The notes beneath the pieces are model-generated. The model did not search any database. It saw only the letters and a list, made by a program, of their open reading frames with translations, and was not told the DNA's origin. A DNA stretch of 64,000 nucleotides from Tubulanus polymorphus (Eukaryota; Animalia; Nemertea): the NCBI RefSeq assembly GCF_964204645.1, contig NC_134034.1, positions 6,670,914 to 6,734,913 on the forward strand. Direction: 5' to 3'. Positions 24,451 to 37,617 of the stretch are shown one piece after another. The translations under genes and the position numbers were made by a program. The first letter of the stretch is position 1. Each line of letters begins with the position of its first letter.

Positions 24451-27400
24451 CACACACAGTGGACTAACCCCTATTCCACACACAGTGGAATACCCCGGAC
24501 GACAGACTCCAAACTGCACAAAAGAGGACACACAGTTCAACAAAAGTACATGCTCACAGCACAAAGCCAAGCCCACAGCACAAAGCCAAGCCGTGAACCA
24601 CCACAACCGCACAAGCATGTCCGACAGCGAGGAAAACCGAAGCTAAACTGATTTCTTCCGTCTGTCCGCAGCGCAACGTAGTGAGAATAGTGAAGCATCA
24701 CTTATACTCGTTCCTTCTAGCTGGAACCACTGGCGACTGTGCTGGAACAGTCCCTCTTTGATACTCGGAGGTTGAGGGTTTGAGGATAGCTAGAGATTGA
24801 TTTTTTTCAGAAGAAAACTTCAGTAAAACATACACTTAGGTAGGCTCAAATGTGCTCAAGTGTCATATTCAATTCATTATGATAATTCGTCAAAAGTGTA
24901 GTTGTCGTTTATTTGTTTTTATCACACACATGGACGTTGGATACGTATACGCGCGTGTGTTTTACTACATGTACTACGACTGCCGCACTCACAGGACAGG
25001 ACTCACAGTTGGCAGGAACAACCATACCTCAGATCAATCTTTTCCCTCGGTCTTATTGATTTGAATACAGAATAGAATTGAATTGGATTTCCTGAGATAG
25101 GATCAATAATACAAAATTGAATTGGATTTGATGTTTTATATGTTTAATGAAGTAAAGTTGAATTGGATTCGATATTTTTTGCTGTATGAAATTTGATTGA
25201 ATTTGCAGTTTGCGCACATGGCTAATTAGCATATCAAGGTCATCCATCCGATTGGAGAAAAAGCTATTTCAATTTTCTCGGACTTTGCATATTTGTCAAT
25301 GATATTTTCTGTATTGCAAATAAAAATATTCCATCCAAAAACCAAATCGACTAAAGATTTCACAGAAAATCCATCTTGAAATACAATTCTAAATCTTAAA
25401 AGAAAACCCGAAAGTAAAACAGTAGACGATACCGCGGGTTCGCCTGAAGACCTCGCGTGAAGAGTCTATGCTATCTGATTGGCTTTTTAAAACCGGTAAT
25501 TTGGCTTTTTAAAACCGGTAATTTTGCGTTCAGATTTTCGCGAAAAACCTCATATGAATTTCAACGAGGCCCTTTCAAAATTCAGCTCCGTTGGATTTGG
25601 AGAATGGATAGGCCTTAAATGAATGATTTGTATAAATATATGCTCAGTTGCACTTTATATAGTAATTTCACTTTATATAGTAGTTACTTTATATAGTAAT
25701 AGGCTCAGCCTAAACGGCTGGCCTAAAAATGAATGCATTATTTAGATAATACATATTGTATACGTATGTTTCCGTTGTTATGATCTGGAATATGAATATT
25801 CAGATAACGTGCATATTTCCATCTGGCATTTTTTCCTCTGGCATTTTTACCTGGCATTATCACCTATGGCATTTTTACCACTGGCATTATAACCGACCAG
25901 TGAAACCACAATAGCCCACACTATGCGATAGCAAAAATAACAGGAAACGAAATCCTCAACATGGACTTTCCTAAATGTACATGAGTGTATGTTTAATCCA
26001 GCATCAAAATTAGACATTGGTACTCTAGAGATTGAGCAGAACAAATGAAAAATAATGAAAACTCCACTGAATTGAATTCAAATGATGAGAGAGAGAGCTG
26101 ACTTTTTAGATATAAATTAAATCGAAAATAAGGACGGAAAATATCAAGAAAAAAGTTTCCTTTTTTGAATTATGAATGGAAACGCATACCTATCTTCGGC
26201 ATGAAATTTTTGCAGAGTTTCATAGAATCCGAGCTCCAAGTAATCCGTGCTCAAAAAGGTGCCCCTTGATTGAATCAAGAAGTTTTTATTGAAATCAGTC
26301 CATTGACAGGATCTCCGTGAATTGGCACTATACATGTTGCAATCACACAGCTGCATGGTGATCCATCATGAATATGCATGGTTTTCCCCACTGACTCAAA
26401 TTCATGGTTTGACGATTCGATTCATTTCACACACTGACTGTGCAAGAAGTTTGTAAGACGATTTATTTTCGTAAAATGAACAATTTCCAAGATTCCCTTC
26501 CCCCTTTCCCAATTTTACAGCCTTTCTATAAAATTCACTGCGTTTTACGGCCGGCCGCGGCGAATCCAGGCAATTGAATCGTTTTAAGTTTCCAAGAAAA
26601 GGTTAACTACCCGGTAGGTCACACGCGAGAGTAATTGGGAATATGGGGGTTCATACCAAAGGTCGAAGGGTCGAGCTCATAAAAAATAATAAATAAATTC
26701 GAGCGTGCGAGAATTTTCATATGCATGCACAGATCAATACACCACATAGCAGCGAGCGGCGAGTATATGTCACACGCACATGTATGAATCATGAATATAC
26801 GTAACAGGGCATGTGTTCTTCCGAAACGAAATGTAGTTCCAACAACAAATAATTAACTAAATTAAATATAGTACTGGGAAGCGTACAGATATTTCATCGA
26901 AATCATTCGTTAAGAGTGCCACTGAACAACATGAGGCTTCTGTTGGAATTCCCGTAAAATTGACCAATCATCGAACGTTTTACCGAACAAGAAAGTATTT
27001 TGCAAATCGATGTATGACGTCATGCGCAAAAGTGCCAGTAATGAAATCACGCGTTGTGAGGTCAGGGGGCTGGTGGAAGCGAGTTCGGGAGCGATACCGG
27101 ATCCCTGGCAACCGAGGATGGGGGTTGGATGAATATAACGTTGTGACGATATCTACCATGTCGAGAATTGCCCGCTTACAATAGATCACCCCGCTGTCAG
27201 AAAATCCCTATTAAGTGTGATTGTACGACCAACACTATTGGAAACTACAAATAAAATCTCCATTAAGCAGATACAAATCAAACAGAGATACGTACCGACT
27301 CCGATCCATGCACCTACGCAAGGCCATCGCGTTACCCGCTGCGCTATCGCGTCTATTCGATCGGGATTTTTCAATTCCGGGATCTACTTTTATCAATGGC

Positions 27401-28631
27401 TAGCGATTCTTTGCGACATTCTTGTCGCTGATTAGACCCGGTAATTACGCGGATTAATTTATAATAAATTGCCATACCCATATTCGAAACGGTCACCCGC
27501 TAAGTAATATTTCTGTCAGAAATGAAAGTTACGTTTATAAGATGTTAGTAAATGTAGTCGAATCTGAGAGGGGTTACATTTCATGAAAAAAATTTGGCTG
27601 GAACTAGTGGAAAAGTAATAATCACAAGGATTACAAGGGGCGGTTTCTGCGAAGCAGCAGAAACCCTAATAAAGAAGCAACGGATTCCTATGAAATTCAT
27701 TGAATGTTTTGAAATTTACGAATAGAAACTATAAACAGCCTCGTTTGGAAGTTATTTTTTCGCACAAATAAGATACTTAGTGCTAAATAAGATATTTAGT
27801 GCCGTAACTAATTTCTTACGTCGTAATATTGAAGTGTGCGTGGAAAAATCAAACGTCGCAAATACATTTCAGAAAGGGATTACGTCATCATACTTAACTC
27901 GAAGGGATCATTAGAAAATACGTATTTCTTATTTTGTATCGCGTTCCATAATTTTCCATAACGTTATATTTATACAATCATCAAACAGAAATTTTCCGTT
28001 ATAGTTCGTTTATCAAAAAGCTACCTGCAGGTCATTGCTATCTTCGCATGCGCGATTATAGCTTTTCGAGGAAGCCACGTGTCTAAATAGTTACAAAGAA
28101 TGTTCATGGCAATAGACTTGAACATGTAAGTCGGTTGGTCTTCGTGGGGGCCAATTCTGAGAAGAATGAATGCTATTAAATATTTGTTTTGTTTGTACTA
28201 AGGTTACGGGCCAAAAGCGTACGCAGTAAATAATATGAACGTTTGACCGCTTGTTACTGCGTTATATGATAGACCGTGGGTTACTGTATATTTGTCTTAT
28301 TTTTGTCGTGTGACTAAAAAACAGCACTGTGGAGATACTTTCGAGAATTCCTCTCTTACTACAAATACTATGTATGCAAAAATTTATCAGTATTTCACCA
28401 CCGGATCTTACCACTCGATAATGGATTATCCAATTTATTCTGTTTTATGAATCACCTATACATACATAGGATATTCGTACATTTTGTCAGTGGGATATAA
28501 TCGAATCAAACATTTCATCGGAGGCGATAGACAAAAGTGAAACATTTTGCAGATAAATTTTACAAAGAACTGTTATATTTGTTCGGATTCAACGAATAAG
28601 ATTTCGGTTTTCTCCCAGACAACCACCTAAC

Positions 28632-29297
28632 ATGGGCAATGATAAGTATTTCACAGTCCACGAAGGCCGTTTAAAAAATGTTAACAAACAGACGATGAAA
28701 ACCCGCACCAAATTACGAAAAAAGGTTATTGTCACCAACGAACATTTGCGCAATGAAAACGAACGCTTTCAACGTGAATGCGAACATCATCAAAATATGG
28801 TAAATGTGGCTAGCGTACCATTTCGTAAAACGATGACCACTTTGCGAGGTTACCAGCGTGGTTTGAGGCTTTATCACCATGACACCGAAGCAGTCAGATC
28901 ATCGGTGGGAAATTTCGGTATTTATAACGGCATTCCTCTGGAAACGTTGCGCCGCAACGGAGAAACAATACGCACAAAATTGCAACGAGAAAATTATTGG
29001 GGTCGGAAGAAAGCAAATGAATTAATCGAAGTTGGACTTAAAAGAGGGAAAATCGTCGGTTTGAATGATGCAAAAAATCGTTTTGATGATATAATGGTCC
29101 GCATGCCGAAACCAAAAGTGCGTAAAACAGAGCTCGAGCAGTTGCTGGATGAAATAAGTGGAAAAATGAATACAGCGCTGCCACCTTTACGTAACCATAC
29201 TTTTGTGCAAGCTGATACAAGACAGCGTATGATGAATCTGAGCACTAGTTTACCCAATATAAATTCTCCACATATTCGATCAAAAACATTCGCTTGA
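28632..29297 (+). CDS. Intact 221-aa basic protein of unknown function, probable host gene
   Basis: Uninterrupted non-repetitive ORF; acceptor TTTTCTCCCAG 13 nt before the ATG; candidate donor GTAAGT at 28126; no TE motifs recognised. Confidence 0.65.
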   Translation: MGNDKYFTVHEGRLKNVNKQTMKTRTKLRKKVIVTNEHLRNENERFQRECEHHQNMVNVASVPFRKTMTTLRGYQRGLRLYHHDTEAVRSSVGNFGIYNGIPLETLRRNGETIRTKLQRENYWGRKKANELIEVGLKRGKIVGLNDAKNRFDDIMVRMPKPKVRKTELEQLLDEISGKMNTALPPLRNHTFVQADTRQRMMNLSTSLPNINSPHIRSKTFA

Positions 29298-30027
29298 ATT
29301 CTGGCGGCAGACACACCGAGGCTATCCATAGTACCAGTGGAATATGGAAAATATACACATGTACAATGGAATCCCTTTGTTTGAAATCCATCGTTTACTG
29401 CTCAGTAGGACGCGATCGTACAATTCATTAAAGACTGTCTAAGGTCGAGGGGGGGGGGGGTGGTGAACTTTAAACTTATGTGGGCACGGGGTCGGTTGGA
29501 TGTGGATGTCCTTTAAGTTTTCCCTGCATAATTAGTGTAAGCCAGAACAAATCATTTAGCGCATTACACGGTGAACTACGTTGTATTTCACCTCTTATTC
29601 GAAGTTGAAGTAATCACAGTAATTATCATGTAATGCACATATGCGGACATGGTGGGAGTATTTTGTAATTTGTTGTAATTTAGTGTGGACGTGATTTACG
29701 GACAGCCCGCCTGGAATTCAATTACAAGACGTTTTTGAATATACATATTTTTAGTTGCTAGCCAAAATTTTGTTATATGTTAGCGTACTTTGTCATGCAT
29801 TGTTGGGTTATTTTTTTCCACTAAAAACTACATACGATTTGCGATTTCACCGGTGTTAAGCACAGGGGTTTGGCGATGGGCTTGGATTTTATTTCCGGGT
29901 TGTTGATAATCTCGTGAGAATGGCGCTAAATATGAACTGCAAATAAATTCAAAATATCATAGAAATACCTTGTGTTTATATTGTTTATTTATCCGCTATA
30001 AAGTTCCGATAAACAATTGGTCGTTAA

Positions 30028-30470
30028 GGATCATCATCAGACAGTCGTCACGCTTTACTATATAAAATAACAAGGGATGAAACGCAGTTCAATTCGTGCC
30101 AGCCAGTAAGTTGGGACAGTCACGTGACAGTCGCGCTTCTTATTTGACTGAATGCAAACCCGAAGCATCTAAGATGGAAACTATGATACGAAAAATATTT
30201 GAGAATAACTTACATTAAAATGCATTTTTTTCTATGAATTACATATTTGATCATAATTTATTCTATATAAATTATTAATTTCATATGAATCATAATCTGA
30301 CAATTGATACCGGTCTGTGAATATGTTAACTTTTCATGTTAAAGTTTTAAATGTGATGACATCATCAGAATGTCACGTGACTGTCCCAACTTTCTGGCTG
30401 GCACATCTCTGAAGGCGTTTCATCCCTTGTTATTTTATATAGTAGCGTGACGACCGTCTGATAATGATCC
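30028..30470. mobile_element. MITE with ~100-bp TIRs
   Basis: GGATCATCATCAGACAGTCGTCACGC... / ...GCGTGACGACCGTCTGATAATGATCC; flanks TAA/TGA. Confidence 0.85.
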
Positions 30471-30489
30471 TGAGTTATAAACATTATTA

Positions 30490-32420
30490 TTATATTATTA
30501 TTGTTACTCAACTTACTATTCTTTTTAATATTATCTTAGATAGTGGACGCTATCCCGAATCATGGAGCACTGGCTATATTGTTCCACTACACAAGGGTGG
30601 TTCAAACAATTCAGCAAATAATTACAGGGGCATAACCATCTTGTCGGTATTTGGCAAACTCTTCTCAATAATTTTGAATACTAGATTAACTTCATGGTGT
30701 GAGGCATACTCTGTTCTATCGGAGGCGCAAGCTGGCTTTAGGCCAACTTATAGTACAACGGACCAAATATTTGTAATGAATTCGGTTATAAATCACCTGT
30801 TAAACAAGAATTGCAAATTATACGCGGCCTTCATTGATTTTTCGAAGGCGTTTGATTCGGTTGACCGCTCGTTATTACTACAACAACTCTCTGTGAGTGG
30901 GATCTCGGGTAAAATATTATGTATTATCAAATCTATGTATATGTCCACAAAATCATGTGTAAGATATCAAAACCATTACTCTGATTATTTCATTTGTGAC
31001 ACAGGGGTCAGACAGGGTGAATGTCTATCACCTTTACTTTTTAGTCTCGTTATCAATGATATGGAAAGCTGTGTGAAATCCGGAAATTATGAGGGAATTT
31101 ATATGGGAACTCTGAAACTATTATTACTCTTATATGCTGATGACACGGTAGTGCTGGCAGATTCTCCTGACTCTCTTCAAGTGGCGCTCGATAATGTTTA
31201 TATCTATTGTGAAACCAAACATATTAAGATAAATTATGATAAAACAAAAATAGTTATATTTAGGAAATCTGCTAACGCTCGGTTATATAAATGGACAATT
31301 AACGGTCGAGTACTTGAATGAGTGAGTCATTTCAAATACCTAGGCTTGGTATTTCATTTTAATGGAAAATTTACTCAAACTATAGACTCGCTAGCAAATA
31401 ATGGAAAAGCAGCGTATTTCACATTTCGCAAATATCTTTTACGCTACCCAAACATAACAACACGCTTAGCACTCAAGTTCTTTAACGCCATGGTTGTACC
31501 GGTCTTAAACTATGGATGTCAAATATGGGGGTTTCAGGGAGAGAAGAAATTGGAGCGCATTGTTCTTAAATTCTATAAATCTCTACTGGGTGTAAAACAG
31601 ACCACACCGGACTTTTTTGTCTATGGGGAATTAGGTGAATATCCACTGTTTATTAACCAGCGACTACAGGTACTGAAATACTGGCTAAAGATCATTAAAA
31701 CAAAACCTGAAAAATTTTCAAAAAGAGTTTATGATTTCATGTTCACCGAATGTCAAGGTTCACTTCACATCAAAAGTTAGGGATCTGTTAAATAGCCTGG
31801 GATATGGCGAATTCTGGATTAATCAGAGGGTTGAAAACGAATTGTGGTTAATCCGTTCAGTCGAACAACGTATGAAAGATATTTATTGTCAAAATTGGTT
31901 TAATGCAATATCTACGTGTAATAAAGCGTTATACTATCGGGACTATAAAATGACTATCATGTATGAGCCATATCGGGACATGTCAAAATTTATCAGAACT
32001 ACTATAGCAAGATTTAGGTGTTCAAGTCATGATTTAAAAGTGGAGACTGGTAGATGGTCGAGACCTCCATTACCGTATGCTCACCGCACATGCTCCCGGT
32101 GTAATATTAATGCAGTTGAAGACGAATATCATATCGTTTTGATATGTCCCTTTTATGATAACCTTAGGTTAGAATATATCAACTCGAGATACTGGAACAA
32201 CCCAAATACAGCGAAATTTTCTATTCTAATGCGTAATAACAATGATTTTTCAAACCTTTCGAAATTCCTTAAGAAAGTTTATATACTCAGGCAACCTTAA
32301 CTTATTATGTAATCCACATACATGTATCATTGTTTGTTCTATGTTATATTGTTTCCCGCCATTTATGCTTGTATATCGATTTTTGTCATAAAAGTTAATA
32401 ACTTTGGCAATAAATACATA
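30490..32420 (+). mobile_element. 5'-truncated non-LTR retrotransposon (RTE-X/L2-like ORF2), disrupted
   Basis: NYRGIT, QAGFR, FIDFSKAFDSV, GVRQGECLSPLLF, LLYADD, FKYLG; C-terminal ETGRW..C..C..EDEYH...C; stop at 31319, frameshift near 31760; AATAAA then TA tail. Confidence 0.92.
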
Positions 32421-32718
32421 TATATATATATAGATAGTTCGCGAGTGTACGTTTGAAGAAGTCTCTTTCTGTTGTTTTAGTAATTCCTTCTGTGCATGAG
32501 AATACTACATGATCATTGTTGCCGCGCGTCCGCAAATTTTACAATTTGGATCAGTATTTATTTTGAAGCTAATATAGATAATAATTATCATAGAATGATG
32601 GCTCAACTAAAATTAATAAATCTACCTAAGAATTATGATGAGTTAGATATAAACAAAGATGATTTTATGAATTTATAAGAAAAAAATTAGAATAATTAAC
32701 CAAGAACAAAATCACTGA

Positions 32719-33115
<397 letters not shown>

Positions 33116-33837
33116 CTTACATAGGTAGAGTAGCGGGACGTCTATCTAAAACCGATAAATGGGGTGTAATTTTAAAACCAATAAATGGGGTGTTTATCAT
33201 ATATATATCCCATAGTGTCAAATGTCCCTCTTCATGGTTTCGTACTGACGTCCCGCAACTAGTATCATATCGCATTTACGATATATATATGTCCCAAAGT
33301 ATCAAATGTCCCTTTTCATGATTTTATACTGACGTCCCGTAACTTGAACAATGACGCATTTGAAAACCATTGCCATATGAAAATCCCGTAGTATGTAGTC
33401 ATCGACTCCACCTAAATAAGTAGGTAGAGTCGAGTTGAATATCGATAGTACAGGTATATCACTTACTATCATCTCAATTTTGCATGAAATCACTCAGAGA
33501 TATGCGCTGTGCTGCTAGGACCAATTTAGACCATCCAAAATACGACGAGCAAAAATAAGACCTCAAAAATGTTTTACGTGAAACGCTTTCAACTTTGCAG
33601 AACATTCAATCATAGCTATCTCATGCATGTAGTACGTTCTTCGGTTGTGATTGTCGTTTTACTTATTCCTTAATTCGTACACTTCTTTTCTAGACATGAC
33701 GAGGGCGGGCGAATTTTTTGGTTATGAGCTTTTTTAAAATAAAGTTGCATATCACCTTCTATATCTATTTTTAGAGTAGACCTTCATTAATAATCATGCT
33801 CAATCTAACTAAAACAAACACAAAAATTTTGATAGGT

Positions 33838-34000
33838 ATTCATTTTATTTCATTCGCAATTCATTAATGTTACTCATTTTATTTTATTAGTAATTTAACA
33901 TGTTACTCATTTTATTTCATTCGTATTTTACATGCTACTCATTCTATTTCATTCGTAATTTTACGTTACTCATTTTATTTTATTCGCAATTTTACATGTT
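33838..34000. repeat. ~30-bp AT-rich minisatellite, resuming at 35274-35300
   Basis: Repeated CATGTTACTCATTTTATTTCATTCGTAATTTT-like units. Confidence 0.7.
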
Positions 34001-34001
34001 A

Positions 34002-35273
34002 GGCCACACCAAAAGAAATCCCTGTTTCTCGGCCCAACCGACCCAATATTTCGTCGTTTCAAATAATCATTTTCAGAAAAAATGTAATTGCCTGCCGACC
34101 CTTTTTCAACATTTTGGGTGAAATAACTTTTTTCAAAAAATATATATGCAGCCGACCGACTACCAAATTCTCCATTCTTGTTAATTCTTGTAAACATTTT
34201 TTCTTTTTAATCAAATCGTGATGTCGGCACCGAGATCAACACCATAAAAATATTATATTGCATCGGATATAACAATTTGATTCTGGAAATGGTGCAGCCA
34301 TGCTCAGAGAACTTTGCTAATCGGACATCGATGGCGACCTTGGATTGTAAAATTCCAGGATTTCCGTGAAATATGTTCAAAATATATTGTATAGATTGTG
34401 CAATAGGTTTTATAGGTTGTATAATTGTACAAACACCTCAATTTCCTTTAATTATTGTAGTCTACTAGCTGTTAATCATGTTCCTGACTAAACATTTAGT
34501 CCAATAAAAATTATTTACGGCGATCTACCCCATTTTTCTATAGAAGAAAAAAGAATCCTAGAATGTCGCTGAAGACGACTGATGCCCCCACATCAGGTGA
34601 AACGCCTGAGTGTAAGATACACCCCAAGCGTATGTCGACCTATTTATACAGGCAGGAAATTTCACAAAGTTATCTTGTACCATTTATGAATAAGGAGCCC
34701 GGAAATTGAAAATACAAAACAGCTCTTCGTGACCTTGACCTTTGACCCTACAGAACACGAATGTAATCAAGTTACTCACGGTCTCTAGGAAAACCCATCC
34801 AAAAAAGTAACCAAATTAACTCAAATCGTCTAGAGATAGAGCCCGGAAATGAAAAATACATAACAGCTTCTAGTAACCATGACCTTTGACCAACAGGACC
34901 CGGAATCTATTCACTTACCCACGGTGTCTAGGATAACCAATCCATAGAATTTCATTAAGTTATCTTAAACCGTTTTTGAGTTAGAGCCCGGAAATGAAAT
35001 TTACAAAATGGCTTCCTGTGACATTGTCCTAAGACCTACATGACCCAAAATCTAATCAGTTACTAACCTCATATAGTACAACACAACTACATGTATAGAA
35101 TTGGAAGGAAATCTATCATAGGGTTAAGGTGCCAGGGCACGGAAACCACTGCGAACAGACGCCAAAGTGAATACAGTGCCACCACAACGCGTTGTGGGGC
35201 ATAAACATTCTCTACCTACCTACCCATTTTGGTGATTGCCCCGTCCGAGAAACAGGATTTCTTTGGTGTGGCC
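34002..35273. mobile_element. Non-autonomous TIR element with TTA TSD (PIF/Harbinger-like), carrying a nested HINE-like insert at about 34555-35205
   Basis: GGCCACACCAAAAGAAATCCCTGTTTCTCGG / CCGAGAAACAGGATTTCTTTGGTGTGGCC; TTA on both sides; inner ~145-bp repeats with GACCTTTGACC. Confidence 0.75.
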
Positions 35274-35767
35274 TTACTCATTTTATTCGTAATTTTACAT
35301 GTACTTCTGGGGAAGCATTTGCTTTCCAGACAAATAATTATGTGTCCGAGTTCTCAACTGATTGACGCTTCTTCCATTTAATTTTTCTTTGAGCTCATTC
35401 AAAATGCAACCTGGCGGTGCTTTCCTCTTCTTGAGGTATGGCATTACAGCTTCAAAAAAACCTAATTTTCATCATCACTCCATCTACGCTTTACTATAAA
35501 GAAATATATGTGAAATAATTCCAATCACCTAAAATGACCATGAAACTCAACACAAAGGAAACTAGGGGTCCAGATACACCATGCCTACTTGGAAAGGCTT
35601 TCAACAATCCAACCACCATTTCAATATTCAATTCCCCTGGTGACCGTATACAAAAACCAATGATCGTGAAACTCACCACAATCATAGAACATGTCAGCAG
35701 CTACAATTTTGCAATTGATCGTGATAACAATACATGCCTCAGTACCAATATAATATGGAAATACTAA

Positions 35768-36009
35768 AGGCGCTTTTATGAAATTGAATCTGATTCGGAT
35801 TAGCTAATAGATGTCTTTAGCCTGCAGTCGAAGAGGACGCCACTAATCGCCACTAACTTGCACCCCGAGCAAGTGAGTCGATTTAATAAATCAATTTACT
35901 TAACCGTTTCCATAAACGTGTTGATTTACCAAATCGGATTCACTAAACCGCGTGCCGTAAACGTGAAACTTAAATCGATTTACAAAGATTCAGTTTCGTA
36001 AAAGCGCCA
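35768..36009. mobile_element. Harbinger-like MITE with TAA TSD inside a degenerate tandem array (about 35600-36270)
   Basis: GGCGCTTTTATGAAA / TTTCGTAAAAGCGCC, with TAA at 35765 and 36010. Confidence 0.75.
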
Positions 36010-37617
36010 TAAGTTATTCTACTATTCAACGCCCCCTGGTGACCATATGCAAATCCCAATGACCTTGTAACTCACCTCTACCTCCACCTAGAACATGTCA
36101 TGAGCTACCACTTAACAATTGATTGTGGTGACAAAAAACGCTTAGATATTAATATAATATTGAAATTCTAAGTTAATGTATTATTCCAAACACCCTGGTG
36201 GCCATATACCAAAAACCAAAGACTTTGAACTCACCAAAATCATAGAACATGTCATGAGCTTCAACTTTGTAGTATTTTTGATCAGCCAATTATCACGCAA
36301 TTGGCGGCCATTTTGGTATCATCAGTACTTATTCGTAGGGGGAAAAAACGTTTTTCCACATTATGTTGATACCTAAGCATATTTGGTTACCGCAATCAAT
36401 TACAAAGTTGAAGCTCATAAGTACTGATGACACCAAAATGGCCGCCAATTGCGTGATAATTGGCTGATCAAAAATACCTGTCTCAGCTACAGAACCCTAT
36501 CCATAGAATAGCCACCCAAATTTCAATGAAAAATGGCAAACCAGTAGGAAGCTACATGACTCCGAATTCAATATAAGGGCGCCTGTGATTAGCTCCACAT
36601 CCCAACAGGTGTTGAAAAACAGATTAGGCCACACTAAGTAATAGTAATACCCTAGTTTCTCATCCGATTTTTTCTGGAAAGTGACAAGGGCGGCCAATTA
36701 TATTTCTATTGTTATTCTTAAATAAAAACGTTGAAATAGAGACTTATGGAAAAGATGCGGGAGAGAATTTCTTTTTACCAGTGCGAAACGAATAGGCAAA
36801 AAACTTTATTGAGAATCCAAAGCTCCCTAAACCTATAAAATCAAACTATATCGTCTCATTTAATCGAGACTGAGACAATCATTTTCGCTATTTGCATCCT
36901 TCCTCGAAATGAAGTAAGATGAAGCAAACCCTGCCGGTTATATAGCTGACTAACATATTATATGTCTCTACCTCCAGCATCTGTTTTAGTATATGTTGGC
37001 ACAATAACTGTAAGGAAACAATATAATTTGTCTTTTATTTTTCTAAAATGAAAAACGTTACAGGAAACCAATAGGGCCCGATAGATTTTGTATGGACTCG
37101 GCAGCATCGTTCAATTCAATCACCGTTAACATCAACGGCCTGCACTAGTCAGTTGAATACGGCGCTCGAGGCGGACGATCGCCAAATCGCTGGCGACTAA
37201 ATCAAACATGTTGTCGCCCAGTGTGCCCCCGCTTTAAAGTCTTATCTTTACCGAGCGAGGATTAGTGCACGTGTCGCTCTGATGATTTTTTCCCACTTCA
37301 TGAACTATAAATAATACATCAGCTTGAACATATAAAGCTCTAACTAAGGTTTATATTCACGCGACAGGCCGGATGTTATTTTAAAATTAAATTCACACCT
37401 GCTTTTCGAAGGGACCCTGCCAGGATTTTATTTTTACAAATTTTTAGCATGATTTTTCCGACCCGGCAGCTGCGCAGAAACAAGGTATCGATTTTTTATA
37501 GTGTAAATCATGAAAAGTGAAAGGTTACAGAAGCTCGCTGCAGTCTCCCACGTAGGCTAATCATGGTTTATTAATCTAGTCCACTCACAGAAAAGAGTAA
37601 AACAAAGAAACGCCTAC

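Noticed and set aside
28100-28115. RFX X-box upstream of the orphan ORF (GTTCATGGCAAT)
   Set aside because: Imperfect single match, too weak to support a ciliary-gene claim
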